A DNA stretch of 64,000 nucleotides from Torpedo marmorata (GCA_977017645.1 OZ360236.1:71238001-71302000); one strand, 5' to 3'; shown: positions 1 to 13,045, counted from the stretch's first letter. Numbers and translations are program-made. The notes: generated by a model from the sequence alone, not told the origin.

Positions 1-19
1 AGTTGTTTTTGTAACGCTG

Positions 20-125
20 AGTGTGTCTTCAGGCTCCTGTACCTCGTTCCTGATGTTAGCAGTGAGAAAAGAGCATGGCCTGGGTGGTGAGGATCCTTGA
101 TGATAGAAGCTGCCTTCTTGTGGCA
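20..125 (-). mobile_element. Rex1/Babar-type LINE 3' fragment (degraded)
   Basis: The reverse complement resembles the 'IIKDPHHPGHALFSLL..G.RYRSLK' C-terminal region also seen at 761-1111 and 9362-9785. Confidence 0.5.
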
Positions 126-669
126 GCTTGAATGTAGGATAATAGTTCTTGATCCTTGTACTCTGTGTTCAACAGCAGACTGTTGAGATAGTTTATCAGT
201 CAATATTTGCCATCACAATTAGTATGATGTAACTTTTGAGTCCTAAGAATTATTCAGTGCCACATTCATCTGATCACATTGTTCCTCTCCCCCAAATCAA
301 GGAACTGCTTAGATTCTTAGTATGCTATTTTTTTCCTGTTCTTCAAAATTTAGAACATTAGATGATGTTGTAGTCATCAATTATCACTGGAAGAGATTCT
401 AACTTTTTTTTCTGTCTCCTTGTAGCTTCCTCATTCGCAGATAGGTCTGCTTTCAGCAACATCACAAAGCATGGTTAACTCATCACAGGTCAGTGTGTCA
501 ATTTCCGTCAGAACAGGGACATATTTCACTAGTATGGTCAGCGGCAACAAAATCGCAGGCAGGAAAATTGCATCAAGTCAACAACTCTGATCTACACATT
601 CATAATCCCTCATAATTTTGTGCTTTCTTAATCCCTTCAGGTAACTAAAGTCCCTCATCCCCTATATCA

Positions 670-1306
670 GACATACAACATCTCCTCACTTGTCAGGAAG
701 GCGCAACAGTGACTGCACTTCCTGAGAAGACTGAAGTGGGCAAGACTACCGGCCGCCATTATGTCAACCTTCTACAGGAGCTCTATCGAGAGCGTCCTGG
801 CCAGCTGCATCAAAGTGTGGTACGGTTACTGCAGAGAAATGGATCGGTGGTCAATCCTCAGGACCATAAGAGTGGCAGAGAGGATCACTGGAGTCTCCCT
901 CCCCTCCATCTTTGTGATCTACCAGGATTGTTGTCTGAAGAGGGCGTGCAAAATCATTGAGGACCCCTTCCACCCCACACACAGCATTTATCAGCTGCTC
1001 CCGTTGGGAAAGAGATACAGGAGTATCAGAGGCAGCACCACTAGGATGAGAAGCAGCTTCTTCCCACGGGCAGTGAGAATGCTGAACGACCAAAGGAATT
1101 CCTCACACTAACCACCCGAGATTACCATACTCACGAAACAATATTTATTTATTTATTTGTATATATGAATATTTGTCCTGCATGTGTATTGTTTGTATGT
1201 GTGTTATGTCTGGTTGTGTGTCTGCATGTTTTGCACCGAGGACCGGAGAACGCTGTTTCGTCGGGTTGTACTTGTGCAATCAAATGACAATAAACTTGAC
1301 TTGACT
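670..1306 (+). mobile_element. Rex1/Babar-type LINE, 5'-truncated 3' end
   Basis: ORF 761-1111 (FYRSSIESVL...HPTHSIYQLLPLGKRYRSI...RMRSSFFPRAVRMLN) is a typical Rex1/Babar ORF2 C-terminus. The 3' UTR ends in AATAAA plus a (CTTGA)n tail at about 1289-1306. Confidence 0.8.
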
Positions 1307-1859
1307 AAATTTCCTCTGCAATTTCTCCTCAAGCCTTGATGTAATTTCTTAACAATAAGATAGAATACTTTCTAAAAATTATGACTAATTAGCAAATTAT
1401 AAAGGTTTATGATCATTTTCATGTCTTTCTAGGACTGTGGTCAAGATCTTCCATGCTTTAAAAAAGCATCAGCTTTATCAATTTGTTCTGTATATTTGAG
1501 CGATTTCTATACATAGCAATTCCTGAGTATTTTTCCCACAGTAGGCCTTTTGTTTGTTTGGCTGCTAGAGAATAGGATTCTCCCAAGTGTCATGATTGTG
1601 GGACAACCTTGATAGACCTGCTGGTTCTTTCCAACATGACAATTTTCTATGTAGGTCTCTCTGTTCTGGAAATCCAATTACAATTCTATTGACATGACTA
1701 CATTCAAGTAATGATCTTAATATTTGCAAAAATTTGCATTAGGACACTTGGTATTGATATTAGTATATGGTATTTATATTAGATAATTTATATTAGATAC
1801 TGATGATACATTGATATTATTCATGCCTGATAACGATCATAAGTACACCTGACAGTTCA

Positions 1860-2195
1860 TAGGATGTGGATATTACTGGCAGTGGTAGCATGTTCAATAT
1901 GGTAAATAGAGTGGCTTTCTTGACTATATCAGATGGCAGTTAAGAGTTAATCATGATATTGAGGGCCTGGTGTCACGGCTGGCTCAAATAGACGTGGATG
2001 GCACATTTCCTACCCAAACATACATTTATGAACTTAGTAGGTTTTTAAAACCATTTCCTGGTCATTGTCAATGATATTAGTTCTCTTTTATTCTAGATTC
2101 ATTTGACTGCTTTAAGTTAAAACCACAGGTTCAAACCATGTCTTCAGATCTTTTATCCAGAACTTTGAATTCAAGTCTAGTAACATAAGCAAGCC
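1860..2195 (-). repeat. Old SINE-like interspersed repeat
   Basis: Degraded, but related in opposite orientation to 18400-18510 (motif ...catgtgactc...ggttgactc.taa.tg.c). Boundaries are approximate. Confidence 0.35.
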
Positions 2196-3353
2196 TCTGT
2201 ACCCCGTTCAAGTAGACAACTGATTACATGGTACATCATGTGTTGGTGTCAGTGCATTAGGAATCAGGGGTACAAGTGTTCTTGAAATCTATAAATTTGG
2301 TATTGATATCAGTACATCTGCTTCTAACATAGGTGCAACAGATATTGAATACAGGTACTGATAATGACATTTGTGCCTTTGCAGTGAAGATTTTATGACA
2401 TTTAATTCTGTGCAAAGCAGCAGGAGAGAATTAGAAATGTGTGAAGATAAAGCAAAGTTGAGGAAAGCTGGATGAACAGATGGATGTATATTAAATAAGG
2501 TAATCCCACAAGCAGAACAATAACATAATAATAAACCTGAGCTCAAGCATTATTTGTGAATGCCTGGAAACAGGCTCCACCGCAGTGAATTCATGAAATC
2601 TTAGATTAACTAAATGAGTTGATGAAAGTGGCCAAGCATCAGTCAACAAGTCTCACGTCTGATAAATTCCAATTTGAGGTAAAAATTTATTTTACAACTG
2701 GAAGGGATCACAGAAACAAATAATCTCACTATCATTCTATTTGAATAAAGGATTATATACAAAATATTAATTTATAATGTTCTCCACAAATGCTGCCTGA
2801 CTTGTCTTCACACATTACAATCAGTTTGCCAATTTTCTTGGTCAGGATAGAAATTATTGATCCAATAAAAAATGTTCATAAGCAGTTCAATGAACCATAC
2901 AGTATATCTAAACTGCAGTACATTTTTAAGGGACATTTACTCTTGCTGTGGAAACAATCTAAATATTTGATTCAATGCCACTGATATTGTTTACCTTAAC
3001 AAATGACTGCTGAAAAAATAGAATTCTTCAAAAATAACAGTATTAGGTAAAAATGTTTGAGAGCATGATTCAAGGATGGGGATACAAAACATCATGAAAT
3101 ATTTAGTTTTAAAAGAGATAGGGTGGAAACAGAGGAACACACAGCTATATAATAAATGAATGAGAAGACACAAAGGTGACACTTTGAAATGGCAGGGAAA
3201 TACACATGGAAATGTGAAGCATATGGGATTGATGGAGAAACGGGAAAGAGAAAACGTGAGTAGGCGATGCAGAGGAGGCAGCTTTGCATTGAGAGAGAAG
3301 TGGGACTGAGAAACAGTAAGAACACACAGAAATGCTGGAGGTAAAGATATATT

Positions 3354-3389
3354 ACCGATGTTTCGGGCCTGAGCCCTTCTTCAAGGTAT
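3354..3389 (-). ncRNA. Minimal hammerhead-ribozyme-like motif in Penelope pLTR
   Basis: The minus strand reads TACC-TTGAAGA-A-GGGC-TCAG-GCCC-GAAAC-ATC-GGTA: stem I TACC/GGTA, a variant CUGANGA core (UUGAAGA), stem II GGGC/GCCC and a GAAA box. Confidence 0.55.
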
Positions 3390-4842
3390 AAGCAGAAAGC
3401 AGGCAGGCGTCTGAATTAAAGACTGGGGAGAGAAATGGGGAAGAATGGGAGGAGGAGGAGGAGTCCAGACCAAAAGACAAAAGGTGTTAATTGGATAGGA
3501 TAAGAGGAAAGGTGAGAATTGATTTTGGCTCTGTGAAAGGAGACAGGGGGAAAGGGAAGAGAGAGACAGAACTAGAGGAAAGGAGAAAGGGGAAGAAGAT
3601 GGGGGGGGGTGGGTTTTAACGGAAATCGGAGAAGTCAATGTTAATGCCACCCGGTTAGAGGGTGCCCAGACGGAAGATGAGGTGTTGTTCCTCCAATTTG
3701 CGGGTGGTCTCAGTCTGGCAGTGCATGAGACCATGGACAGACATGTCAGCAAGTGAATGAGACGGGGAACTGAAATGCGTGGCCACCAAGAGATCCATGT
3801 TATTGCGGCGGACAGAGCCCAGGTGCACAACGAAGCGATTTCCCAGTCTGCGCCCAGTCTCGTCAATATAGAGAACACAACGGGAGCACCGGATGCTGTA
3901 GATGACCCCTGCAGATTCACAAGTGAAGTGTTGCTCCACTTGGAAGGACTGTTTGGGGCCCCCGAATTGTGGTGAGGAGGAGTGGACGAGGGAGTCGCGG
4001 AGGACCGGTCCCTGCTGAAGGCGGAGAGGGAAGGAGAGGGGAATACGTGTCTGGTGGTGGGATCACGTAATAGGTGGTAAAAATGGTGGAGGAAGATATG
4101 TTGGACACGGAGGCTGGTGGGGGTGGAAATGGCAGAGGAGGTTAAGTTGGACACCAGCCTCCGTATTCAACATATCGTCCATCATTTCCACTACCCACTA
4201 CGTGATCCCACCACCAGACACATATTCCCCTCTTCGCCTTCAGCAGGGATCGGTCCGCCGCGACTCCCTCGTCCACTCCTCACTCCCCACCAATCGTCCC
4301 CTTGGCACCTACCACTGTGACCGCAGAAGATGCTTCACTTGTGCCCATACTTCCTCCCTCACCAGCATTTGGGGCCCCAAACAGTCCTTCCAATTGAATT
4401 AACACTGCATTTGTGAATCTGCAGGGGTCATCTACTGCATCCGGTGCTCCCATTGTGATCTCCTCTGCATTGGAGAGACTGTGTGCAGAATGGGAGATCG
4501 CTTCATTGAGCACCTCGGCTCTGTCTGCCACAATATCGTGGATCTCCCAGTGGCCACCCATTTCAATTCTCCGTCTCATTCCCTTGCTGACATGTCTGTC
4601 CATGGTCTCATGCACTGCCAGACTGAGACCACCCACAAATTGGAAAAACAACATTTCATTTTCTGTCTGCGCACCTTCCAACCGGATGGCATTAACTGAC
4701 TTCTCTGGTTTCCGTTAAGCCACCCTCCTCCATCTTCTTCCCCCTGTCTCTCTCTCTCTCTCTTCCCTTTTCCTTCTGTCTCCTTTCACAGAGCCAAAAT
4801 CAATTCTCACCTTTCTTCTTATCATATCCAATTATCACCTTT

Positions 4843-5110
4843 TTAAATTTTAATTTCTTTTACATTTTTTAATTAAATTTTTAAAATTTAGATATACAGC
4901 ACGGTAACAGGCCCTTCAGCCCTTGAGCCCATGTCGCCCAATTGACCCACAACCCGGTACGTTTTGAAGGGTGGGAGGAAAGCGGAGCACCCACAGGAAA
5001 TATGTGCAGACACGGGAAGAACACACAAACTTCTTACAGACAGCGTCAGATTTGAACCCCAGTTGCTGGCGCTGTAACAGCTTTGCTCTAACCGCTATGC
5101 TAACCGTGCC
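4843..5110 (-). mobile_element. tRNA-derived SINE (V-SINE-like) nested in Penelope arm
   Basis: The minus strand has an A-box (TAGCATAGCGG), a B-box (GGTTCAAATC), a V-domain-like core and an A-rich tail. It is flanked by an ACCTTTT duplication and is absent from the inverted Penelope arm. Confidence 0.8.
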
Positions 5111-6854
5111 GTTAACCTTTTGTCTGTTGGTCTGGAATCCTCCCCCTCCCATTCTTCCCCCTTTCTCTCCCCAGTCTTTAATTCAGCTGCCTGCCTGCTT
5201 TTTGCTTATACCTTGAAGAAGGGATCAGGCACGGAACGTTGGTAATATATCTTTACCTCCTATGGACGCTACGAGACGGGCTGAGTTCCTCCAGCATTTC
5301 TGTGTGTTTTTACTACAATCACAGCATCTGCAGATTTTTGTGTTTCACCCCAGAATGAGAAACAGGCACGGAATAGAAACACAAGGGAATGAGAAAAATA
5401 TGTAAATAAGAGCACACCTGGTAAAAGGAGAGGCTTGGAGAAAGAGAAAATAAATGGCCTAGAAGATAGAGAGAGATACAAGATGGAAAATGGACCAGGA
5501 AGGGAGTGAAAGGCACAAGAAGGTAGTAATGGGACTGGGAGGAGTGGCACGTGGAAACATTGACATTAATGTCACAATGAAGGCAATAGAGAAAGGCACA
5601 CAAAGCAAAATAAGCACAAATGACAGGATAGTAAGAGGCAGAAGTGAGCTGGAAAAATAAGGCAAAGAGTGATACTCTGAAAAATGACATGAATAAAAAA
5701 TTCTTTCTGTGGCATTTCTTCAATTTTATCTAAACTCAATCATTACATGCGACTGGGCCCTTTATATGTGCATTGCACACTTCTATAAATTGGAGTTGGA
5801 TTGCAAAATTCTTCTGGGCATTTTATCACAACAAAGCAAGCCTTACTTGGAATGTTAAAGTCTGCTTCAGTTGTGTAACTAACTCTTGCAACCAAGGAAG
5901 CAAGCTGCTCTGCTCCCATGAAGATCAAGGTGTCCATCATCTCACAGGTAGGTCCTCCTTTAAATATTTTTCTTGGTTCTTACTGCCCCTTTCTATCTCA
6001 CAGTGCTGGGCTCCCATTCACTTGTTTGGTCTATCATCCTTCACCACCCTATGAATGGATCCTTCTTTCAACTAAAACCCACCAATTTGACTGTGCGTTT
6101 GACCGTACAACCCTTAATATATTATCCTCACAAGGGAACATTTTCTCCAGTGTTACCCAAATCCCCCAAGGCTCTCCATCTCCTTCAACTGCATCCTGAT
6201 CCTTACCAACATATCCTCCATCAACCTTCTACCAACTCTGTCTCTTTATCATCTTGGAAGAAAGTGGTGTGTTTATGTGTGCAAGACCTATTCCATCAGG
6301 CACAATGCCTTGAGCATCAGGAGTAATAACATTTCTCAGCCAGTGGAGTCTTACACAAAACTATCTTGGACATTTGCTTGCCCCCGACCATTCCTCCACT
6401 CCCACACTATTTTCTCCTTTCCACCTTCCTTGGTGCAGAAGAAAGTATCGGCCATTTAGACATACACCCATCCAATGAAAAATAAAATGGAGCATGTCCT
6501 GAATCTGTACAGAGAAAGATGAGGTTTTAATTATTTAAAGCAAGAGGCACAAGTGAAATACAAAATGAGATTAAGAAGCACAAAAATAAAAGGAAGTCAA
6601 TGAGTGATAAAGAAAAATATGAAGAGAAACTAACATAGAAGCGGTGAGAAAGATAGGAGAAAACAGATACAGCAAACTAATTTCTTGAAATGAATAACTA
6701 AAGTCAAAAATAAAACTTTAAGGAACATAACCATCTGAAAACAAGTGAACTCTGATTTTAGAGGGAGATTTATTAACGGACTGATAATATACAAAACATT
6801 TGCTACTAGCTCACCATAATTAATTCTTGTACTAAATTATGATGTCAGACTCAC

Positions 6855-7039
6855 CCCCTGGAACCAAAGTAGCCATCAGTGTCAGGGAACGCAGAACAGT
6901 ACTGTCTGAAGTAGCAATTCAGTGGTGAGGCAAAGCATTCGAACGTCACTCCAAAATGTTTGTTCAGTGCTTCAAACACAGCTACTGGTAAAGCCCCTTG
7001 CAAGCCAGTGCCTTCATGTGCTCCAGCACCAAACATAGA
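6855..7039 (-). CDS. PCIF1: PCIF1 (CAPAM) coding exon, methyltransferase domain
   Basis: Encodes [62 protein letters not shown], near-identical to vertebrate PCIF1. Acceptor tttcag, donor gtgagt; 185 bp, phase 0 to 2. Confidence 0.96.
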
Positions 7040-7273
7040 CTGAAACAAACAGACACCTCAAAATAAAATCCTTTCTTTACATATTGAATTATTAGCAAGA
7101 GCTGTATTTGCTTAATGATGATATGTTGTGGTCAATCATAGCTTTGAAAAGTATTGCTATTTAACTGGAGGGAAAAAATCAGAACAAGCCAAATGTTTTT
7201 TTTGTAAATGGAACCTGACCAAAGTTCCAGCTCACCTGCTTCTGTTAATGCAATATCTCTTCTCACAAGAATA

Positions 7274-7744
7274 CCGTATATGACGTTGTATAGGACGACT
7301 CCGGAATTTCCACTAAAATGTTGGTTTTGAGCGATACCCTTTGAATAAGACGACCCCCCCCTCCAAATCTGCCACTTACCGCTGACCAGTGGATGCTGTT
7401 AAAAGCAAATCACAATATTTTAATAACAAATTATCATTTAAAGGTTTAAATTTTATTTGGATATTTTAAAATAAACCACTCTTGGCTCCTGTAACAGGCC
7501 GTTTAAAGCCTATACAGAGCCGACAGCAGTCGGTCCGGGCGGATGGACCCTGTGGAGGAGCGATGAGACTTTGCAAATAACTAACGGGGCATGCGCGAGA
7601 TTGCATTGGAACTGGCAGGAAGATGGCGGCGTTGTTGAGACTTCGTCATCAAGGTAAGAATTTTAGACTCTTTGTATAGGACGACCCCGAGTTTTAAGGT
7701 GAAATTTTTAAGTTTCGGATTGTCCTATACAACAACATATACAG
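7274..7744. mobile_element. Tc1/mariner-pogo MITE
   Basis: Imperfect TIRs (CCGTATATGACGTTGTATAGGACGA / TTGTCCTATACAACAACATATACAG) flanked by TA on both sides; internal repeats of the TAaGACGACCCC motif. Confidence 0.75.
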
Positions 7745-9042
7745 TACCTGTATTATAATTTTTTGTCACTCTAAATCTTTGAACAATTCCTATTTCTGTA
7801 AATAAGGATGAAGTTTTCAGCTAAGTTGAATGAAAGTCTGGAGTTACCAGGCAGGTGTTGGTTGGTTGGAAGAAGCAGCGTGCTAAAGCAGCAGCTACAA
7901 ACTGTTTCCTTAGAAATTCACTGAGGTAGCATGAAACATGCTATATAGCTGCATAAACATACTGTACTCTGCCTCTGTTATTATTCCATTGATTTCAAGT
8001 GCTACCAATTAGAGATGAATATCTACAAAATATTTAAGAACTTTACACTGAGACCTCCAGTGTTTGGCCTTTCTTCTCTCTGCACAAATTTATCTTTCTG
8101 ATTTGCCTTAAAAGAGTGCAAGAAAATTGGAGCAGAGTACATACTTAGTCTGTCAAGCCTGCCTCACCATTCAAAATGATCATGGCTGATCTACCCAAGG
8201 CCTAATCTCCTCTTTAATTCCCTGCAGACCTCAATTTCCTAATCTTTCAAAAATCTATCTACTTACTCTTTAAATGCCAGCCCACCCATCAGTGGACTCC
8301 AAATGAAAATAGATTTGAACTTGAACACAAAAGAACATTTATCTTTCCATTTGAGCCTCAACATTACATAATGACACAATAGCCTTACTATCCACTGCGT
8401 TATATTGGCATTGGGAAAAAGACCTAGCTTAGGTTAATGCTGCAGACACAGGAAGAGGTTAGAGTGCTATTATTATCAAAGTTCATGAGATGCTGAGAAA
8501 TACTCACTGAGGTCTGTGGAGAGTGATATGGTTCGGTCTTGGTTTGGTAATTGAAACATATTAGGTATTTGTACAAGTGGCTTAAACCAGTGTGGGAACA
8601 CTGTTAATTCTCAACGCTAACAATTAGCAGGCAGGTATTTGTGTGCTTATCGATTCCCCAGACTAAAGTCGTACTTCAAAAACCTTTAGGTTCATTTTTC
8701 AATGACTGATTTGCCTGACAGCTCTTGCACAGAGATCAGCTGGTTTTCACACTTTGTAAAGACTGATATTGTTCGAGCCAATTGCACAATAATCTATGAT
8801 ACTGTTACACAAATGTCAAAATGAGGAGTTTGTGCCAGAACTACTTCAAATAGGGTGGTGGTGCACTAACTTAAACCACATTAATAAAAAAGAAAAACAC
8901 TCTTTAACTCAGCACAAACAAGTCAAGGGTGAATGTTAAAAATACCTAAACATAATTGCTAGAACATCTGGACAGCAGTTGGAACTCTGATTAGCAGTAG
9001 ATCATTGTTAAATAATAGAGTCAAGAAGCAACTCTATAACTG

Positions 9043-10121
9043 TAGCAAAACAAAATCTGCTGGAGGAACTCAAGGGTCAAGCAGCATCAGTGGGAGAAAA
9101 AGAATGGTTGACACCTTGAGCCAAAACTCTTCAGTAGGACTTAGGAAACTTTATATTGAAGCCAGCATAAAGAGGAAAGGGTGGGAAGAGTGAGACAGGG
9201 ACTCTATAAAAGATTGGCAAAACAGGCAGATGTAAAACATGAAGGACAGAGGCAGTAGATTGGCAGATGCCAAACAAAGGGAGAGGCAAGAAAAACAAAC
9301 AGGTCAGGTTGAGGAAGATAAGCACATACAGGATGAAATTTCACATCTGCCTGTATCTAATCCCACTATCAAGAACATCTACAGGGAACGCTGCCATCGG
9401 AGAGGAGCAGCAATCATCAAGGATACACACCACCCAGCACACGCTCTGTTCTCGCTGCTGCCATCAGGAAAGAGGTATAGGTGCCACAAGACTCGCACCA
9501 CCAGGTTCAGGAACAGCTGCTACCCCTCAACAACAACAAACTCAATCAGGGACTCATTTAAGGACTCTTGTGCACTTTATTGATTTTTAAAAATTCTCTT
9601 TGTATTGCAGTCAGTTTGTTTACATTCATTATCTGTTTACAGTTCTTTATTTGTTTACATGTATACGCTGTGTACAGAGTTTTTGCACTACCAATTAGTG
9701 GAAATTCTGCCTCACCCGCAGGAAAAAGAATCTCAGGGTTGTATGTGATGTCATGTATGTCTTCTGACAATAAATCTGAAATCTAATCACCCACTCCATC
9801 CTGTATTTCTCCTCTTCATTCACCTGACCCATTTGTTTTTCTTGCCTCTCTCTCCCCCTTTGTCTCTCATCTGCCAGTCCACTGTCTCTGTCCATCATGT
9901 TTCAAATCTGCCTCGTTTGCCAATATTGTGTCGGGCCCCTGCCTCATCCCCCCACCCCATCCTCTTTACACTGGCTTTGATACTAACTATCCTCGGTCCT
10001 GATGAAGAGTTTCAGCTCAAATCAGCAACCATTCTTTTCTTCTTCATGTTGCTTGATCCACTGAGTTCATCCAGCAGATTGTGTTTGGCCTCAGATTCCA
10101 GCATCTGTAGACTCCTGTGTG
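9043..10121. mobile_element. Old fold-back Penelope-derived element
   Basis: Inverted arms (CTGCTGGAGGAACTCA... / ...TGAGTTCATCCAGCAG) with an extra ~30-nt tail on the right and degenerate CTGATGA motifs. Diverged TSD AACTCTATAACTG (9030-9042) / AACTCTGAAACTG (10122-10134). Confidence 0.7.
9362..9785 (+). mobile_element. Rex1/Babar LINE 3' fragment nested in the fold-back element
   Basis: Encodes IIKDTHHPAHALFSLLPSGKRYRCHKTRTTRFRNSCYP; ends in GACAATAAATCTGAAATCT. Confidence 0.75.
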
Positions 10122-10212
10122 AACTCTGAAACTGCACCCTGGTTGCAGAGATAGTAACTTGCCATTGAGGAAATTAATGTTTCTCATTGTACTAAATGGG
10201 CTTACAGCTTAC

Positions 10213-10299
10213 CTGGTATCGCCTGAGTAAACACCAGACTCTTGCTAAGAACTTTTCAAACCGTGTGTCATCAATACAGCTGTACCTATACAATTGTTC
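10213..10299 (-). CDS. PCIF1: PCIF1 coding exon (missed by the ORF track)
   Basis: Translated by hand as [29 protein letters not shown], matching PCIF1 ([29 protein letters not shown]). Acceptor ttttttag, donor gtaagc; 87 bp, phase 0 to 0. Confidence 0.95.
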
Positions 10300-10394
10300 C
10301 TAAAAAAAAGACAAAACTCTTTAAAAAACAATTCACTCTTCTGTTGCTTGACCTACAAGAATAAAATTGGCAAGGGTGTGCAAGGAAAACACAA

Positions 10395-10500
10395 GGTTGC
10401 AGACCCGAAACATTAACTGTTCCTCTTTCCACAGATGCTGCCTGACTTGAGAGTTTTTCTGTTTTATTTCAGATTTCAAGCATCTGCAGCTCTTCGATTT
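10395..10500 (+). repeat. Penelope pLTR 3'-end fragment
   Basis: CCCGAAAC...CAGATGCTGCCTGAC...AGATTTCAAGCATCTGCAG is the same terminal motif seen in the other Penelope ends. Confidence 0.55.
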
Positions 10501-10639
10501 ACTAGCACCTATTTGAAAGCACTACAATGGTCTTTTTTGATGTTCTCTGGTGCACTCTCCCTGGATCAGATGAAAATGTGAAATAGAGATATGAATAGAA
10601 GTATATTGTCTCAATTCACTGCTGAATTTGTGCAAGTTT

Positions 10640-12797
10640 TGGAAAAAGCGATCACAAATCCCTCTCCTTTACCATAGCGACAGAGAAGGACAGGAATAGA
10701 CAATTTGGGAAAACATTTAATTGGGGGGGGGAATATGATGCTATTAGGCAGGAGCTTGGGAGCATAAATTGGGAGCAGATGTACTCGGGGAAATGTATGG
10801 CAGAAATGTGGCAATGTTCAGGGATGTAAAAAATCTAGTTAAGAAAAGCTTACGAGCGGTTTAAGAAAATGGAACTGATAGAGCTCTAGAGAATTACAAG
10901 ATTGTCAGGAAAGAGTTTAAGAAAGGATTTAGGAAAGCTAGAAGGGGCCATGAGAAGGCCTTGGCGAGCAGATTAAGGAAAACCCCAAGGCATTATGCAA
11001 GCACGTGAAGAACAAGAGGATGAGTCGTGTGAGGGTGGGACCAAGCAGGGGTAATAATAGAAATGTGTGCATGGAGTCGTAGGAGGTAGCCGAGGTCCTT
11101 AATGAATACTTTGCCTCAGTATTCACCAGAGAAAAGGACCTTGGCAATTGTGAGAATGACATAAAGCAGACTGAAACGCTTGAGCATATTGACATTAAAA
11201 AACAAGATGTGTTGGAGCTTTTGAAAAGCATGAAGTTAGATAAGTCGCCAGGACCAGACGAGGTTTACCCAAGGCTACTGTGGGAAGCAAGGGAGGAGAT
11301 TGCTGAGTCACTAGCGTTGATTTTCGCATCGTCACTAGGGACAGAAACACCAGAGGATTGGAGGGTTGCAAATGTCGCTCCCCTGTTTAAGAAAAGGAGT
11401 GGAGATAACCCAGGAAATTATACACCATTGAGTCTTACTTCAGTGGTGGGCAAGATGTTGGAGAAGATCCTGAGAGACAGGATTTACAAGTACTTAGAGA
11501 GGCATAACAGGATAGTCAGCAAGACTTCGTCAAGAGAGGACAGTGTATCACAAGCCTAATTGAATTTTATGAGGATGTAACTAAGCACATTGATCAAGGT
11601 AGAACAGTGGATGTAGTGTATATGGATTTCAGTACGGCATTTGAAAACGTTCCCATGCAAGGCTCATTCAGAAAGTAAGGAGGCATGGAATCAAAGAGGC
11701 TTTGCTTTGTGGATACAGAACTAGCTTTCTCAGAGAAGGCAGAGGGTGGTTGTGGATGGTTCATATTCTGCATGGAGGTAGATGACCAGTGGTGTTCTGC
11801 AGGGTAGATGACTAGTGGTGTTCTGCAGGGATCTGTTCTGGGACCCTTCCTCTTTGTGATTTTTATGAATGACCTGGATGAGGAAGTGGAAGGGTGGGTT
11901 AGTAAGTTTGTGGATGACACGAAGGTTGGTGATAGTGTGGATAGTCTGGAGAGTTGCCAAAGGTTACATTGATAGGATGCAGAGCTGGGCTGAAAAGTGG
12001 CAGATGGAGTTTAAACCAGAAAAGTGTGAAGTGGTTAATTTCGGTAGGTCAAACTTGAAGGCAGAATACAATGTTAATGGGAGGACTCTGAGCAGTGTGG
12101 GCGAACTGAGAGATCTTGGGGTCCGTGTCCATAGGACACTCCAAGCTGCTTCAAAGATTGATAATGTGGTAAAGAAGGCGTATTGTGTGTTGGCCTTCAT
12201 TAACCATGGAATCGAGTTCAAGAGCTATAAAACTATACTAACTTGTAGTTATAGTTAAACCTCGCTTGGAATATTGTGTTCAGCTCTGGTTACCTCACCA
12301 CAGGAAAAATGTGGATGCTATATAGGGTTCAGAGGAGATTTACAAGGATGCTGCCTGGATTGGAGAGCATGCCTTAAGAGGACAGGTTGAGTGAACTGGT
12401 CTTTCCTCCTTGGATTGATGGAGGATGAGGGGTGACTTGATAGAGGTGTACAAGATAATATGAGAGGCATGGTCAGAGGCTTTCCCCAGGGCTGAAATGG
12501 CTAACACGTGGGTGCATAGATCTAAGGTGCTTGGGTGTAAATACGGGGGGATGCAAGAGGTAAGATTTTTCACACAGAGAGTGATGGGTGCATGGAATGT
12601 GCTACCAGCAACAGTGGTGGAGGCAGGTACAATAGAATTTTTTAAAGAGACAATGAGATAGGAACATGGAACTGAGAAAAATGGAGGGTTATGCAGTAGG
12701 TAAAATCTAGGCAGTTGTTAGAGTAGGTTATTAGATCAGCTCAACACTGTGGGCTGAAGGGCCTGTACTATGCTGTAGATTTCTATGTTCTATGTTA
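10640..12797 (+). mobile_element. CR1 LINE, 5'-truncated, degraded ORF2
   Basis: Encodes KSPGPDEVYPRLL...PEDWRVANVAPLFKK...NPGNY.PLSLTSVVGK and WAEKWQMEFKPEKCEV...RDLGV; ends in a CR1-type TTCTATGTTCTATG tail. Confidence 0.88.
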
Positions 12798-12854
12798 AAA
12801 CTATCTGTTCTCTCAATAGGTTTGCTACTACAGAGCATATTCATTTTTGATCTG

Positions 12855-13045
12855 GTAATGCTTCACTGATGGTTTTCGACTCCATGGTATCTCATTAATC
12901 AGTTTTGATTCTCTATGGTGTCTCACTGTTGATTTATGACTCTTCCTGACATCTTATCATGGTTTCTGACTATTTAAGCAATGTATTTATTGGTTTTAAC
13001 ATTCAATGAGGTTTCATTGTTGGGTTTTGATACTCTCAGGTATTT
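12855..13045. repeat. Degenerate ~30-bp tandem repeat
   Basis: About six recurring units resembling ctcactgNtggttttgactctNtggtgt. Confidence 0.45.

Larger units (their letters stand above)
3317..5355. mobile_element. Penelope-like element (GIY-YIG), fold-back arrangement of two 3' halves
   Basis: GIY-YIG remnants lie on the minus strand (3655-3939, FTCESAGVIYSIRCSRC..YIDETGRRLGNRF..H) and the plus strand (4380-4700), with the inversion centre near 4150. The 10-bp TSD TGAGAAACAG is at 3307-3316 and 5356-5365. Confidence 0.85.

Noticed and set aside
5743-6504. Possible extra exon or gene (ORF MMDTLIFMGAEQL... and an acceptor-like ctttctctgtacag at about 6505)
   Set aside because: The minus-strand frames I translated contain stops, and there is no resemblance to PCIF1 or any protein I recognise. 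The AFD/PQGS words on the plus strand are too closely spaced to be RT motifs.
1-6854. Next PCIF1 exon carrying the catalytic NPPF motif
   Set aside because: I found no NPPF-coding sequence on the minus strand by eye; it presumably lies left of the window.
12855-13045. CRISPR-like array
   Set aside because: Eukaryotic context with degenerate tandem units and no unique spacers.
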